Made by a program: the position numbers and the translations under genes. A stretch of DNA of 64,000 nt from a virus (lineage: Duplodnaviria > Caudoviricetes), in IMG/VR virus record IMGVR_UViG_3300014204_000165, positions 1 to 64,000 of that record; one strand, 5' to 3'. Of the stretch, positions 38,436 through 48,949 are shown piece by piece; position 1 is the first letter of the stretch; every line of letters begins with the position of its first letter. Under the pieces are notes generated by a model. That model saw only the letters and a list, made by a program, of their open reading frames with translations, made no database searches and was not told the origin of the DNA.

Positions 38436-39830
38436 TCATTTCCAGGTCCAAGTATTTCCCCAAGTTGATTTTGCTTGGCTAATTAGTTCATCCTTAATGT
38501 TGTCAGTGAGTAGATTATCAACTATTAACTTTTGTGTACCTGTAGCATCGGAAACTTTCTTTAACCCAGAATCACTATCACCTTGTGACTTGTACCACAA
38601 CGTTCCTTCTTTGTCAAAAGCAAATGTTACTCCGGTGAAGGCGTCATTTACAACTGTTCTGTAAACGTATTGAGGAGTTTCTGGTTTCTTTGGTGTTGCT
38701 GGTTGTTCTGGAGCAGGTACTCTTTCTACTAATCTGCATTCTAAATTTGTTATTATACCGTTTGAAGAATATTCAACTCGTTTTCGGTTTACGCCAGCTG
38801 TTATTTGAATATTTCCAGAACCAGATTTGACGTCAGGTATTGTATATGTAACAACAGACCTCACCAATGGAATTATATCACAAATTGTTACCTTAACATC
38901 ACGATCCTTGAAGGTGATATACCAGTCTTTGAGGGCAGTTGCACGATTTTGTGCTTCTTCTATGGTATAAATTGTTGGGTCGTAACATATAGGAGCTTCT
39001 ATTAATCCATAAGTTTCTATACCATCATCGTCTTGGTCAGTTGCTTGAACAGATTTCTTTTGTTGATCTGGAATGTTAGATTTTTCAAAAACACCGGCAG
39101 AGTTTTCTGCAACTACTGTAACCTTATTTGCATATCCAATGAGTGAAGTGCTGTCACCTGGATCAATTACAAATCCATCAAGATCGCGCTTCTCATAATA
39201 CGATTTTTCATCGGCTACAACTAGGATGGGCTGCAAATCCTCATCTGTGCAGAAATAAAAATCTTTGGATTGTCCAGTTGTCACGGATCGAATTGCCTCG
39301 TTATAAGATAACTTAGATGGAACATATGATGCTTTTTTGGGACCGTTACTAGACGTTCTGTCGACAACGATTATACTTGCACCTGTTTGACTTTCTAAAT
39401 CACTTACAATATCGTTCACTTTTGTGATGAGTAGTGTATCAGCAGTCCATGCTCGATCCTTTGTTGATTGTGAACCAAAACCACTTATACAAACACATTC
39501 TACCGTTGCTGTTTGATTATTATAAGAAGAGTTGTTTATAACCCCTGTAAATAAAATATAAGGTTGCGTATCAGTTGTGAAAGAGTTACCTGAAATAATA
39601 TTACGCTCGACTGTAACAAAAGATTGAATAAATGTTTTTCCTGGAATAAAAGCACCTGACACGATAGCATGTCCATAAACTTGGCCACTATTATCCAGGG
39701 TAACTTTGCATGTGGATGGTTCTACTGCCTCAGATTCACTAGAAACATGGTCGGTTGTTATGGAAATAACATCCGAGGAGACGTCATAACCACCAATAAA
39801 TGTAAAGTTTTTAATGCCGCCAGAATTGCT
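38436..39830 (-). CDS. baseplate hub / late control D-like protein
   Basis: CKVTLDN, LFTGVINN, ANKVTVVA, EEAQNRA; located after the tape measure gene. Confidence 0.65.
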   Translation of the reverse strand, partial: SNSGGIKNFTFIGGYDVSSDVISITTDHVSSESEAVEPSTCKVTLDNSGQVYGHAIVSGAFIPGKTFIQSFVTVERNIISGNSFTTDTQPYILFTGVINNSSYNNQTATVECVCISGFGSQSTKDRAWTADTLLITKVNDIVSDLESQTGASIIVVDRTSSNGPKKASYVPSKLSYNEAIRSVTTGQSKDFYFCTDEDLQPILVVADEKSYYEKRDLDGFVIDPGDSTSLIGYANKVTVVAENSAGVFEKSNIPDQQKKSVQATDQDDDGIETYGLIEAPICYDPTIYTIEEAQNRATALKDWYITFKDRDVKVTICDIIPLVRSVVTYTIPDVKSGSGNIQITAGVNRKRVEYSSNGIITNLECRLVERVPAPEQPATPKKPETPQYVYRTVVNDAFTGVTFAFDKEGTLWYKSQGDSDSGLKKVSDATGTQKLIVDNLLTDNIKDELISQAKSTWGNTWTWK

Positions 39831-39844
39831 CATTACATTGCCTC

Positions 39845-40294
39845 TCAATCGTTAATTTCTGTTAATTTTAGTGAGCAATGCCAACGGGAATCTGAATAGC
39901 CAGCATCTGCTGTTGCATTTAGGGAATTAACATACATGTACATGGATTTAAAGTATGTTCGGACGTAATGTGGACCAACATCATCCACTAAGGTTTGGAC
40001 TTGTTCCATATATTTTTTGTCAAGAACTGTAAAACTTATGTCTAGTGTCCATAAGGTTTCTTTTGATGTGCGCATTGTTTTCCATTTAGGGTTAGGGATC
40101 TTGTGGGTAGCAATTTCATTGTTTTTAGACCATGATATGCTGGTTGGATTTGGTTGGCCCATGCCTAAATGTTCATTGTTTTCGTCTGGGTAGACACCAG
40201 CAACTTTGTTCATGACAAAGTCACCAATCTCTACAGTAAATGCAGATGTTGTTGAATTAGGTGTTGCATTACCACCCGATGCCGCATAATCCAT
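39845..40294 (-). CDS. tail tube initiator / baseplate protein
   Basis: Position directly after the TMP; PTSISWS...HKIP pattern. Confidence 0.5.
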   Translation of the reverse strand: MDYAASGGNATPNSTTSAFTVEIGDFVMNKVAGVYPDENNEHLGMGQPNPTSISWSKNNEIATHKIPNPKWKTMRTSKETLWTLDISFTVLDKKYMEQVQTLVDDVGPHYVRTYFKSMYMYVNSLNATADAGYSDSRWHCSLKLTEIND

Positions 40295-40316
40295 TTAATA
40301 TTCTCCATTCCTTTTT

Positions 40317-42770
40317 TTAACATCCATTGAGTTGGCGTAACTTTTGCGCAACTACATCTGCTACTAGCTTTTCAAAGGACCACTTGTCCATGACAATCAT
40401 TCCAGAAGAGTTACCAGATGGGGCAGTATAATTAATATTTACTTTGATGTCGCCCTGATTTGTGGTTGTATTATTACCAGAAGCAATTGATTCTAGGACA
40501 TTCTGCAATCGAGAACTAGATGCGACTTCGGCTGGTATAATTGGCTCACCTGAATGAACCATTGCTAAACCACTTCTTGAAATAAGACCACCAGATGCAA
40601 ATGACCCAAATAAGTTCCAGATGCTTGGCCGATTCTCTCCTTGATCATTTTGCATGGCAACAGATCTATCAACGTTTTGGGAGTATTCTCCACCGGTTTC
40701 GATACCAGGAGCAAATTGTTGCATGTTTGTTGGTGTACCAGCATTTGGATTTGCCCCGGCTTTGACCTCATTAGGAGTTGGTGTATGACCTGATAATTTT
40801 GATAACAAACGATCAATTGTTTTTTGGTCGTTGCCATAGTCTCTCATATATTTTAAATAATTATATATATCACCACTGATACCACCAAGATCTTTTTCTT
40901 CGTAACCCGGATATAATTCTAATGCCTTTGTTTTTGACATGTCAGAAAGTTGTTGATCGGTGGTATCCTTGGTTACATCTTTACTAAGTTCTTTTGCTGC
41001 ATCTGCTATTTGTGGAGTTGTTCCAGATGTCTCTCCGTAACCAGCAAGATTCTTAATAGCATTTGCTATATCTCCTGGGAGTGCCTTCATCTTTTCGACA
41101 AAGTCTGTTAACTTGCTATAGATTCCAGTTATGGTTTTCCAACCTTCATCCAAGAGGTTTTTAATATATGTTATAGCGTCACTTATAATCTTGGTTTCGG
41201 ACTGAATGATGGGCATTGAATTTCTTAAGATAGGTACAAGTAGGCCAAAGGGTCCTAGTATGACACCTAAACCAATGGTCAAAGTATTGCTAATGTTAGT
41301 GCCAGTACCCGATTTCAGTCCTTTATATAATTCATTGACTTGCGTTATACTGTCACCTAGGAAACTACCTAGTCCTTTGGCACCTTCATCGATCCAATAG
41401 CCTACGTCCTTGAACCATTGGATAAGGTCCTGACCCATCTCGGTCTCACCAAGTTGTTTCAGGGCTTTACTGAATACTCCAGTACGAGATTCCAGAAGGT
41501 AGAGCAAACCACCAATTATGATGAAAATACCGGCTGCAATTAGTAACGGAGATAAAACAAGACCTTCTGATATTGCTAGGCCACGATTAGCAGTAGTTGC
41601 TGTTCTTGCTGCACCTGCCTGCACTGTCTTTGCTTCTGCATTTGCCAAAGTCGCCACAGTATCTTTTTGGGTCCAAGCAAACAATTCTTTTATTAATTTC
41701 CATCCGGGCGATAATACACCATTTAATAACGTTATAGTGGAAACCAAGGTAAGTCCCGCTGCTGCTAATCCAATTAACGTTGGAATACCAGGAATTGATG
41801 TTATTAGTTGTATGAGGGTAGTAAATCCTTTAATAAGTGGTGTCATTACTGGAATAAGTCCAACACCAATTGCTTTCTTAAGGTCATCTATAGCTTTTGA
41901 AGCTTGGTCCCATGGTCTATCATCAATTTGTTTTGCAAAACCACCTGGTTGTTCCGCTAATTTTCGCTGGGCTTCTAAAATTAATTCATATTTCTTTTTT
42001 GTGCTATCAAGACGACTATCTGTAATAGATAGATTCTCTACACCAGCTGCTGTTAATGCATCCACAAACTGAGACCGTTGCTCTTTACCACGACGACTAG
42101 ATGCTGCTTGGAACTTCTGAGAAGCAAGATTAACAAGTCCTTCTCCTCCACCACTATATGACTCCTGAACAGAAAATCCGACTTGTAATGCAGCTTCGGT
42201 TAAAGCAAGCATTTTTTTATCGGCCCCGGTGCCTTTGTATGTTTCGCTTGCCTTTATCATGGTATTTTTGATAGCACCTAATACTTCAGATGATGATCCT
42301 ACATATCCAGTTCCGGTTGCAGATGCTACTAATTCCTCTACTTCTTTACGACTATTTTTAAACTGTTTAGTCGCATCAATTGCCTTGTAAGTTTGTTCAG
42401 TATAAAGCTTAGAAGCAGCAGCATCCTTATAGGACAATCCGGCTATTGAGCCTCCTATCGCGATGCCTGCCATGCTAGCAATTAAATTCTGAATACCGCC
42501 ATGAACCTCATCAATAGATCCTTTAATTTTGCTAAAAGAGGAGGTAAGCGACGATTCGACTTGTTTACCAGCATTAGATATATTGTTAACTGAGTTACCA
42601 GCTTCCTTGGCCTTACCAGACAATTGCTGGATAGAGTTATCTGAACCGACCGAGAATTTCTTACCAGAAAGTTGATCAAGTTTTTGGTTGATAGTATCCA
42701 GACGTTCTTCGGGATTACCTACTAATGAAATTAGAACCTGGACACTACGAGCATATGAATCGTCTGCCAT
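40317..42770 (-). CDS. tape measure protein
   Basis: 817 aa, Ala/Gly/Leu-rich amphipathic repeats, FASGGLISRSGLAMVHSGEPIIP near the C-terminus, follows the chaperone genes. Confidence 0.9.
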   Translation of the reverse strand: MADDSYARSVQVLISLVGNPEERLDTINQKLDQLSGKKFSVGSDNSIQQLSGKAKEAGNSVNNISNAGKQVESSLTSSFSKIKGSIDEVHGGIQNLIASMAGIAIGGSIAGLSYKDAAASKLYTEQTYKAIDATKQFKNSRKEVEELVASATGTGYVGSSSEVLGAIKNTMIKASETYKGTGADKKMLALTEAALQVGFSVQESYSGGGEGLVNLASQKFQAASSRRGKEQRSQFVDALTAAGVENLSITDSRLDSTKKKYELILEAQRKLAEQPGGFAKQIDDRPWDQASKAIDDLKKAIGVGLIPVMTPLIKGFTTLIQLITSIPGIPTLIGLAAAGLTLVSTITLLNGVLSPGWKLIKELFAWTQKDTVATLANAEAKTVQAGAARTATTANRGLAISEGLVLSPLLIAAGIFIIIGGLLYLLESRTGVFSKALKQLGETEMGQDLIQWFKDVGYWIDEGAKGLGSFLGDSITQVNELYKGLKSGTGTNISNTLTIGLGVILGPFGLLVPILRNSMPIIQSETKIISDAITYIKNLLDEGWKTITGIYSKLTDFVEKMKALPGDIANAIKNLAGYGETSGTTPQIADAAKELSKDVTKDTTDQQLSDMSKTKALELYPGYEEKDLGGISGDIYNYLKYMRDYGNDQKTIDRLLSKLSGHTPTPNEVKAGANPNAGTPTNMQQFAPGIETGGEYSQNVDRSVAMQNDQGENRPSIWNLFGSFASGGLISRSGLAMVHSGEPIIPAEVASSSRLQNVLESIASGNNTTTNQGDIKVNINYTAPSGNSSGMIVMDKWSFEKLVADVVAQKLRQLNGC

Positions 42771-43419
42771 TAAACCTTACCTTTCTTGTTCTTATTCACT
42801 ATGGATAGCCAGCGTTGTTTCTGTTCTTCATTGCACTTGTCGTAGTGGGCTTGGTCTCGCTTACCTTTCATCGAGGCTACGAATTCCTTGTGGGTCATCC
42901 TGCGTTTGGCAGATTTTCCGGCCTTGGCAAGTTCAATGAGTTCCTGCATCTTGCAAATGGAATCAGTCTGGAGACGGGTAAGCCTATCTAACCTTCCTGG
43001 GATTCTGTACCCAGCATAGTGGAGCCACATAAGTTTTTGGCCTTCAGGTTCTTGAAAAAATCTGATAGCTCCTCGCTGCCTACTGTCGAAATTGAAATTA
43101 TAGCGCGTCCAATTTCAGACAGGGCATTACCGATCATGAGTTCATATACTTCTTTTTGATCTTCTATGGGATCTTCTGGGTTGACTATCTCATGAAGTTT
43201 AGGATCAACTATACCAAACCGGCAAGCTTCTAACTGTAGCAAATAGTTATCTGAAAGTTTTGGATCTGTAGTGTCGAACCCAGCGTCCTCGACCTTCTTG
43301 AAAACTTTGGCAATTTCTAACTCAGTCAATGGTTTTACCGTGATTGATTCCTGGTAAATAGTCACAGGAACTTCCTTACGAAATTTAGCACCTTCTAGGA
43401 TTAGTTCTTTTGATATCAT
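42770..43419 (-). CDS. tail assembly chaperones G (42988-43419) and G-T fusion via -1 frameshift
   Basis: Slippery T-TTT-TTC (43060-43054) in ...SDFF; the -1 frame reads FFQEPEGQKLMWLHYAGY... through to 42770. Confidence 0.8.
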
Positions 43420-43494
43420 ATGTGATATACTCCTTGCTTTGAACTTTAACTATTTATTTTGGTAAATTAAAAAATAATATTTTAAAAAAAAGTT

Positions 43495-43992
43495 TTAAGG
43501 TGGTGTCCTTGACATGCAAGTCCAAGAATACTTAGTGGATACTGTGCTTCCTGGTTCACCAACACTAAGGCTATCTTGCTTAAGCAAGCACCTATTAAAT
43601 GTTACGATCGCAGCGCCACCTGGTGTTCCTGCTGTCTTCAAGGAACGATCATATGCGGCTCCATTATCAGCGATCATAATGGTAAATTCGCGGGAGAGAC
43701 CTTGTACACCATTCCAAGTGAGATGCTCCTTGATTAGGTCCATCCAAGTTTCTGGATTTTCTGCGTCAGAAACCCACCAAGAGCCTATTTCAAAATCTCC
43801 TTGGTAATCTATTTTGCCTTGGACGTGTGCGTATTTTTGATGGTTTCCGGTACCATATTCACTAGAAACGTCTGTACTCTTCTGGGCAGAAATCGACTTC
43901 AGCGGGATTGTCTGTAACGTACCATCAGCCGATGAAGTAAACGTTACCACAATATCACCTGGAGATTCTGCTACAATTGTATATTCAGCCAT
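43495..43992 (-). CDS. tail tube protein
   Basis: 165 aa, between sheath and chaperone; GKIDYQGDFEI, VTFNRCLL. Confidence 0.8.
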   Translation of the reverse strand: MAEYTIVAESPGDIVVTFTSSADGTLQTIPLKSISAQKSTDVSSEYGTGNHQKYAHVQGKIDYQGDFEIGSWWVSDAENPETWMDLIKEHLTWNGVQGLSREFTIMIADNGAAYDRSLKTAGTPGGAAIVTFNRCLLKQDSLSVGEPGSTVSTKYSWTCMSRTPP

Positions 43993-44021
43993 ATAATTAT
44001 AACTCCTTTATAAAAAAGTAA

Positions 44022-45704
44022 TTACTGGTCAATCACTGACGTAATTACTCCAGTATCGTTGTCATTTAGGATACCAACAGCAATTGTCTCATCAATACGC
44101 TCGATGTGACCGATATTTTCCATGCTTATCTTAACAATGACTTTGCCAGTGTCCGTATCGTCGCCATAAACATCTAAGGTATATGCTCGAATATTTTCAT
44201 CACGTAATAGATCATTCAGGACAGACGCAATTGATGCCTTCATACTAGCCATGACAGCCGTTGTTCTCTTCTCATGGAAGTACTGGCGAGCAATTTGGTC
44301 GGAACAAACAATGACCCAATTGATTGTCCTGTTATCCACTGTCCTAAGGAACTGCCAAGTTTGGTCTGTGGTAATTCCCACATAAGGTCGGATACCTCTG
44401 CTCTTGATTATAGCATCGGCTCTAGCATCGGTGTCTTGGGTTAAGAGATCGACATCGGTTTGTTCAAAGGTAGTCAGGAGACCATTTAGACCATTCATTG
44501 CATTACGTGGTAGTGCAGCACTTTCTCCCAGGGCGACAGCTGCTTCCTTGCCAGCCCTTGCAACTGCAATGTTTTGGAGTGTAGTAGAATTGTCCCAAGG
44601 ATTAGCGACGATTGTGAGCAACCTATTAGAATAGCCAGCTGCTATGTCCAGGACTTGCTCGGCAGTTAGATTTGGAGCAACTCCAATGAAGCCCTGACAC
44701 GGATGGAACTTATTTGCGTATTCTGATAGAATGCCATCCAGAACTGGAATCAGGTCATGAGTACCTTCATCAACTTCGTATTCGGTTAGTGCACATGTTT
44801 GCGGGGCACCTATCAGTTCCGAAGCCGCATCAAAGCCAACACGTAAGGCATCTTCCCAATTGTCAGTGTCGATTGTATCGCCATCTAAGCCACCTGACAG
44901 GGAATAAGTAACGGCGGCATCAATGTAGGGAAGGTGAGTCTCGCCAGTAACTTGCGTTGCAGTTACGAAACCAGTGCCATTAATACGAGCAACCAATTTA
45001 ACCAAACTGGAAATATTGTCATAAGTGTATGTGGTTTCATTGTCACTAATGACAACTTTCACGGTGTAATGTTTCAGGCTATAAGTAATCAGGGAAGTTG
45101 CAGGTACAGATGTTCCGAATGTTAGGGAGCCATTTACCGTATCAATATAAACCTGATTCGAGCTTGGTGGGCTTGTATACACGATAGTTTTTGTAACACC
45201 ATCAACTTTCACCCAATTGTTAGTAAGATCCTGATAAATATTACAATAGTCGGTGTAATAAGGTCCGACACTGCCAGCACCTGGTATTGCATAGGGAGTG
45301 GTTTCTGGTGCCTTTGTACTGCCTTGCAGAACTTTAACTGTAACAGCATTTCCCCAAATTCCTGGCGAGGCTGCGCTCAGGGTTACGACGTCATTTGGGA
45401 CGGAGAGACCATCGTCTAAGGTAATGGAAGCAGTGGCATGCGATGTTCCTAGGACCCGGACTGCATATACGACAGGTGCGCCTTGCGCGAACACAAGTTC
45501 AACTGCGTCCTTTAACCCTCCAGAATAGAAGTAAGACTTTGCACTTGAACTGGATGTCATTGCAACGGCTTCATCTACGGGGCCACGAACAGATCGGCCA
45601 ACTACCAGAACAGTGCCCTTGCCCACAATAACAGGGACAGGTCCAACTGTCTCTAGTTTAATTATAAGTCTTACAAATTGGCTACTATTGCCGTACTCTA
45701 CCAT
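44022..45704 (-). CDS. tail sheath protein (contractile tail)
   Basis: VGRSVRGPVDEA, PGIWGNAVTVKV, LSGGLDG, FLRTVDNRT..WV, sheath C-terminal pattern. Confidence 0.93.
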   Translation of the reverse strand: MVEYGNSSQFVRLIIKLETVGPVPVIVGKGTVLVVGRSVRGPVDEAVAMTSSSSAKSYFYSGGLKDAVELVFAQGAPVVYAVRVLGTSHATASITLDDGLSVPNDVVTLSAASPGIWGNAVTVKVLQGSTKAPETTPYAIPGAGSVGPYYTDYCNIYQDLTNNWVKVDGVTKTIVYTSPPSSNQVYIDTVNGSLTFGTSVPATSLITYSLKHYTVKVVISDNETTYTYDNISSLVKLVARINGTGFVTATQVTGETHLPYIDAAVTYSLSGGLDGDTIDTDNWEDALRVGFDAASELIGAPQTCALTEYEVDEGTHDLIPVLDGILSEYANKFHPCQGFIGVAPNLTAEQVLDIAAGYSNRLLTIVANPWDNSTTLQNIAVARAGKEAAVALGESAALPRNAMNGLNGLLTTFEQTDVDLLTQDTDARADAIIKSRGIRPYVGITTDQTWQFLRTVDNRTINWVIVCSDQIARQYFHEKRTTAVMASMKASIASVLNDLLRDENIRAYTLDVYGDDTDTGKVIVKISMENIGHIERIDETIAVGILNDNDTGVITSVIDQ

Positions 45705-45752
45705 AAGTAGTCACCTTTTGGAATTATAATTGTCATTTATTTAATCACCAAA

Positions 45753-45923
45753 TTATTTTATATCAATTATCTGAGTCTTTGGATAGCCATCTTTTAGGTA
45801 ATCCAAGTAAACTTTCTTAGAAATTTTATTCTGTCTCCACGCATCATAAATGGTTAGTTTAAGAATCGTGGAGGTGAGAATAGGATCTTCTTGAACGTCA
45901 TTTTCAATTTTCTTTATTTTCAT
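45753..45923 (-). CDS. small protein (56 aa), similar to the N-terminus of 56414-56752
   Basis: Manual translation ...TIYDAWRQNKISKKVYLDYLKDGYPKTQIIDIK; SD GAAGG; immediately downstream of the bipartite repeat. Confidence 0.5.
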   Translation of the reverse strand: MKIKKIENDVQEDPILTSTILKLTIYDAWRQNKISKKVYLDYLKDGYPKTQIIDIK

Positions 45924-45941
45924 AAGGAACCTTCAAAACAA

Positions 45942-45992
45942 TTAATCATATTGGAAGGTAAAAGAGAGTGTTTTACGATCTGCTTGGCGTAA
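45942..45992. repeat. bipartite repeat copy 1: TTAATCATATTGGAAGG-N11-GTTTTACGATCTGCTTGGCGTAA
   Basis: Boxes identical to the copies at 56774 and 60586. Confidence 0.9.
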
Positions 45993-46004
45993 GTTATAAA
46001 TATA

Positions 46005-46613
46005 ATGAAAATAGTTTATGTCTTGGTGATAACAACGAAAACATTCTTGATGTGCATAACAATATTCCTACTTATTAGTGTAAGCACATGTATAGACATA
46101 AATACGTCAGCAAAGACCAATTCATTCTACGCTGACTTTGGACCGTATAACGCAACGTTCAACTACAACAGCACAAATTATCTGTTACTTCCTGAATACA
46201 ATGAAGTTGATCGTCCACTAAGTGAATACCTTGAAGATCCGATTGTAGGATGGGAAAAATCAGGAATTTATGGTATCTGGATATTGAATGTGTCTACCAT
46301 GGACAACATTGGATATATTGATATGTATACCGAGAGTGATATTTATCGCGAGACCCAAAAAGAATATCTAGAATCACATAGACATAAAACAAGCAAAATA
46401 TATGTCAGTGACAATTACACTTGGATAGTGGATAAAGTACCTATGATTAATTACTATGCAAGAGCATGGTATTCAGAAAATCAAGAAATATCAGTGGGCA
46501 CAAACCTAGAATATCCAGAATTGTTTATAGAAATATTAAAGAGTCTAAATGTAACTCAACAATATCAATCAGATATAATAATTGTGTCAAAACCACAAGA
46601 AGACTCTTTATAA
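46005..46613 (+). CDS. secreted/membrane protein inserted in the opposite orientation within the tail operon
   Basis: Probable start ATG 46050 (MCITIFLLISVSTC signal-like); own TATA at about 45995. Confidence 0.6.
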   Translation: MKIVYVLVITTKTFLMCITIFLLISVSTCIDINTSAKTNSFYADFGPYNATFNYNSTNYLLLPEYNEVDRPLSEYLEDPIVGWEKSGIYGIWILNVSTMDNIGYIDMYTESDIYRETQKEYLESHRHKTSKIYVSDNYTWIVDKVPMINYYARAWYSENQEISVGTNLEYPELFIEILKSLNVTQQYQSDIIIVSKPQEDSL

Positions 46614-47287
46614 CTACCTTGCAAAACCATATCGATTAGGAGGTCTGACTTCCAACCTCTTATGTTGACACCCATTTCGTACCAAGGTGGGTGAACGTCC
46701 GTTAGGATAATATGGTCAATGGCAGTTACAGGTAATCCCCAATCAAATTCAATGGCATGAATATTGGAAGTTGGGTCCAAGGCACTAAATTCATACTCAA
46801 TTTGGAAATCCAAATTTGCAAGATAAATCCAGTGTTCATCTGCACCTTTGGCCATATAACTGGGTAAATAAGTTACCTTGGAACTTCCTGGCACTACTTT
46901 CATATAATCAGTGGGCCAATAAATACCAAGTCTCCAGATTTCTATTTCTTGTTCTAGGTCGTACATCAAGGTGTCAAGAATTTCAGGAGTTTCTTGGTCG
47001 GTTCCAGGCGTCTCGCTTTCACACATCACGGTCACACTTATAGTAGCTTTCTGATGATGACCTAGCCATTCTTGTGCATCGCCTTGATAACCATCATAGT
47101 TCTTGCGGATTGGGCCTCCTGTAGATGGACGGGCTCTAATACCTTGGGAAATTATCGCGATCCGCATCGAGGGGAAGGTATTGTCGTCGTTCAAAAGACG
47201 GTCACGACGAAGTTTTTTGACAGTATAACCACCCAAATCAGTAGGCACAGCCGCCAGAATTCGGACTCTTTGGCCAACCGAAAGCAT
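46565..47287 (-). CDS. tail completion/terminator-like protein
   Basis: TFPSMRIAI, ATISVTV, LDFQIEY; upstream of the sheath gene. Confidence 0.55.
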   Translation of the reverse strand: MLSVGQRVRILAAVPTDLGGYTVKKLRRDRLLNDDNTFPSMRIAIISQGIRARPSTGGPIRKNYDGYQGDAQEWLGHHQKATISVTVMCESETPGTDQETPEILDTLMYDLEQEIEIWRLGIYWPTDYMKVVPGSSKVTYLPSYMAKGADEHWIYLANLDFQIEYEFSALDPTSNIHAIEFDWGLPVTAIDHIILTDVHPPWYEMGVNIRGWKSDLLIDMVLQGSYKESSCGFDTIIISD

Positions 47288-48949
47288 TTAAAGCACCACC
47301 ATGTCGGTATTATAGTCCACAGGCTTATATGGAATATTTGGATATCTAACGTCCGGAAGTTGGGGTCCCCACTTCTCGAAATTGTTCATGATTTGGTCCG
47401 TATGACTATCAACTAATTTCATTTCAAATGAGCAGGAATTTTCAGCGATATTTGATAAGTTCATGCGCATAGTGGCATATTTTATCAATGCCTTTTGGGA
47501 TAAAATGTCCTGGGACAATGTTTTAATTAAGCGTGAGGCATTAACTACATCATAATTACAGGATGTTATAAAAGTATCCCTAAGGTTATTACTAATTATA
47601 TATGATTTTATATCGGTTTTCTTTTCAACGACATCAAATAAGCATGATTTTATATTTGCATTTTTATTTAATAAATCAAAAGAATATGTTTTATAAAGTG
47701 TTGGTATCTTTAGTCTCATATCAAAAGGCATTGTCCTTTCATTTCGGAATGTCGTCAACAAGTCAATGTCATTAGAAATATTCCTGATAGTTTTATTATA
47801 TTCCACGAGATATTTACCAGCATTGTGACAAGGCGCACCTACCCAAGTATATGTCGTCCAATATTCTTCGTCGAAGACCTGCTGACCAATACCAGATACA
47901 ATCTCTTGGGACGGATCTCCTTCATAAACAGTAACATTGCTGTTATCCGAGATAGTCCAAGTAAGACCACCATCCACTGAGTAATGTATAATAGGAGAAT
48001 TATTAACATCATATGTTGAAAATGTAGCGAATATGTCCTTCGTGGGAGAGCCCGCTCTTAATACATCATATGCGGTTATTGAACCATTATCATCTCCTTT
48101 ATAGGGCAGGACCATTATTTCTGAGAACCACTTTTCACCGCCATATGCACTGTGCAAGTAGTGAACTGCGTTTTGGTCAACAGAATGAATCCTGAACAAC
48201 ATTGAAGAATCTTCGGGTCCTTGCCCACGAACATCCGTGACAATTATTTGGAGCACACGAATTGTATTGTAGATTGTCCAGTGAGCAAAGGCACCTGTCG
48301 ATAATTCATAAGTAAAGGACCAATTTATGCCAAGATCATCAGAAAAGACAACATGAGGCCCACATCCAGCAACTATCCTGGATTGAAATCCGGCTAATGC
48401 TGGTGGAGCATAACCAGTATACTTAGTTGTGATATGACTAAGAGATTCTCCAAGATATGTTACAATATTATGACAGTCTAGGACTTTAGACCATGTCCTG
48501 GCATAATCTTCTGACCGCCAGACGTAATTTGTATCATGGGCAAACAGAACATCATCACTAACGTTAATTACGGTTCGACAACCTGGAGCAAATGACGATA
48601 TCTCAGTCCATGTATATCCAGAATCTAGCCTAGATTCAATCCATCCAGTTGAAGTCGAGCCAATTAACCAGCCATAGTCTATGGCAGTTAAAGTATAAAT
48701 AATGTCAACTGTATTATAAACAGATTCCCATGTTTTGCCCATGTCTTTGGTACGGTAAATTGAATAAGTACCGTCAAGCATCTTCACAACGCAGACATGA
48801 TATTGGCCATAGACGTGTATAGGCTTTTGAATGATATCTATGGCACCAGGAAATGGCTTAGACTTCCACCAAGATTGGAAGGTAGTTGTGTCGAACGTAC
48901 CCAAGATAAAGTTCTTGCCATCTATAACACTAAGGACAACTGGTCTCAT
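47288..48949 (-). CDS. virion protein with BNR/Asp-box beta-propeller
   Basis: RTKDMGKTW, RSEDYARTW, FSDDLGINW, YSVDGGLTW. Confidence 0.75.
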   Translation of the reverse strand: MRPVVLSVIDGKNFILGTFDTTTFQSWWKSKPFPGAIDIIQKPIHVYGQYHVCVVKMLDGTYSIYRTKDMGKTWESVYNTVDIIYTLTAIDYGWLIGSTSTGWIESRLDSGYTWTEISSFAPGCRTVINVSDDVLFAHDTNYVWRSEDYARTWSKVLDCHNIVTYLGESLSHITTKYTGYAPPALAGFQSRIVAGCGPHVVFSDDLGINWSFTYELSTGAFAHWTIYNTIRVLQIIVTDVRGQGPEDSSMLFRIHSVDQNAVHYLHSAYGGEKWFSEIMVLPYKGDDNGSITAYDVLRAGSPTKDIFATFSTYDVNNSPIIHYSVDGGLTWTISDNSNVTVYEGDPSQEIVSGIGQQVFDEEYWTTYTWVGAPCHNAGKYLVEYNKTIRNISNDIDLLTTFRNERTMPFDMRLKIPTLYKTYSFDLLNKNANIKSCLFDVVEKKTDIKSYIISNNLRDTFITSCNYDVVNASRLIKTLSQDILSQKALIKYATMRMNLSNIAENSCSFEMKLVDSHTDQIMNNFEKWGPQLPDVRYPNIPYKPVDYNTDMVVL

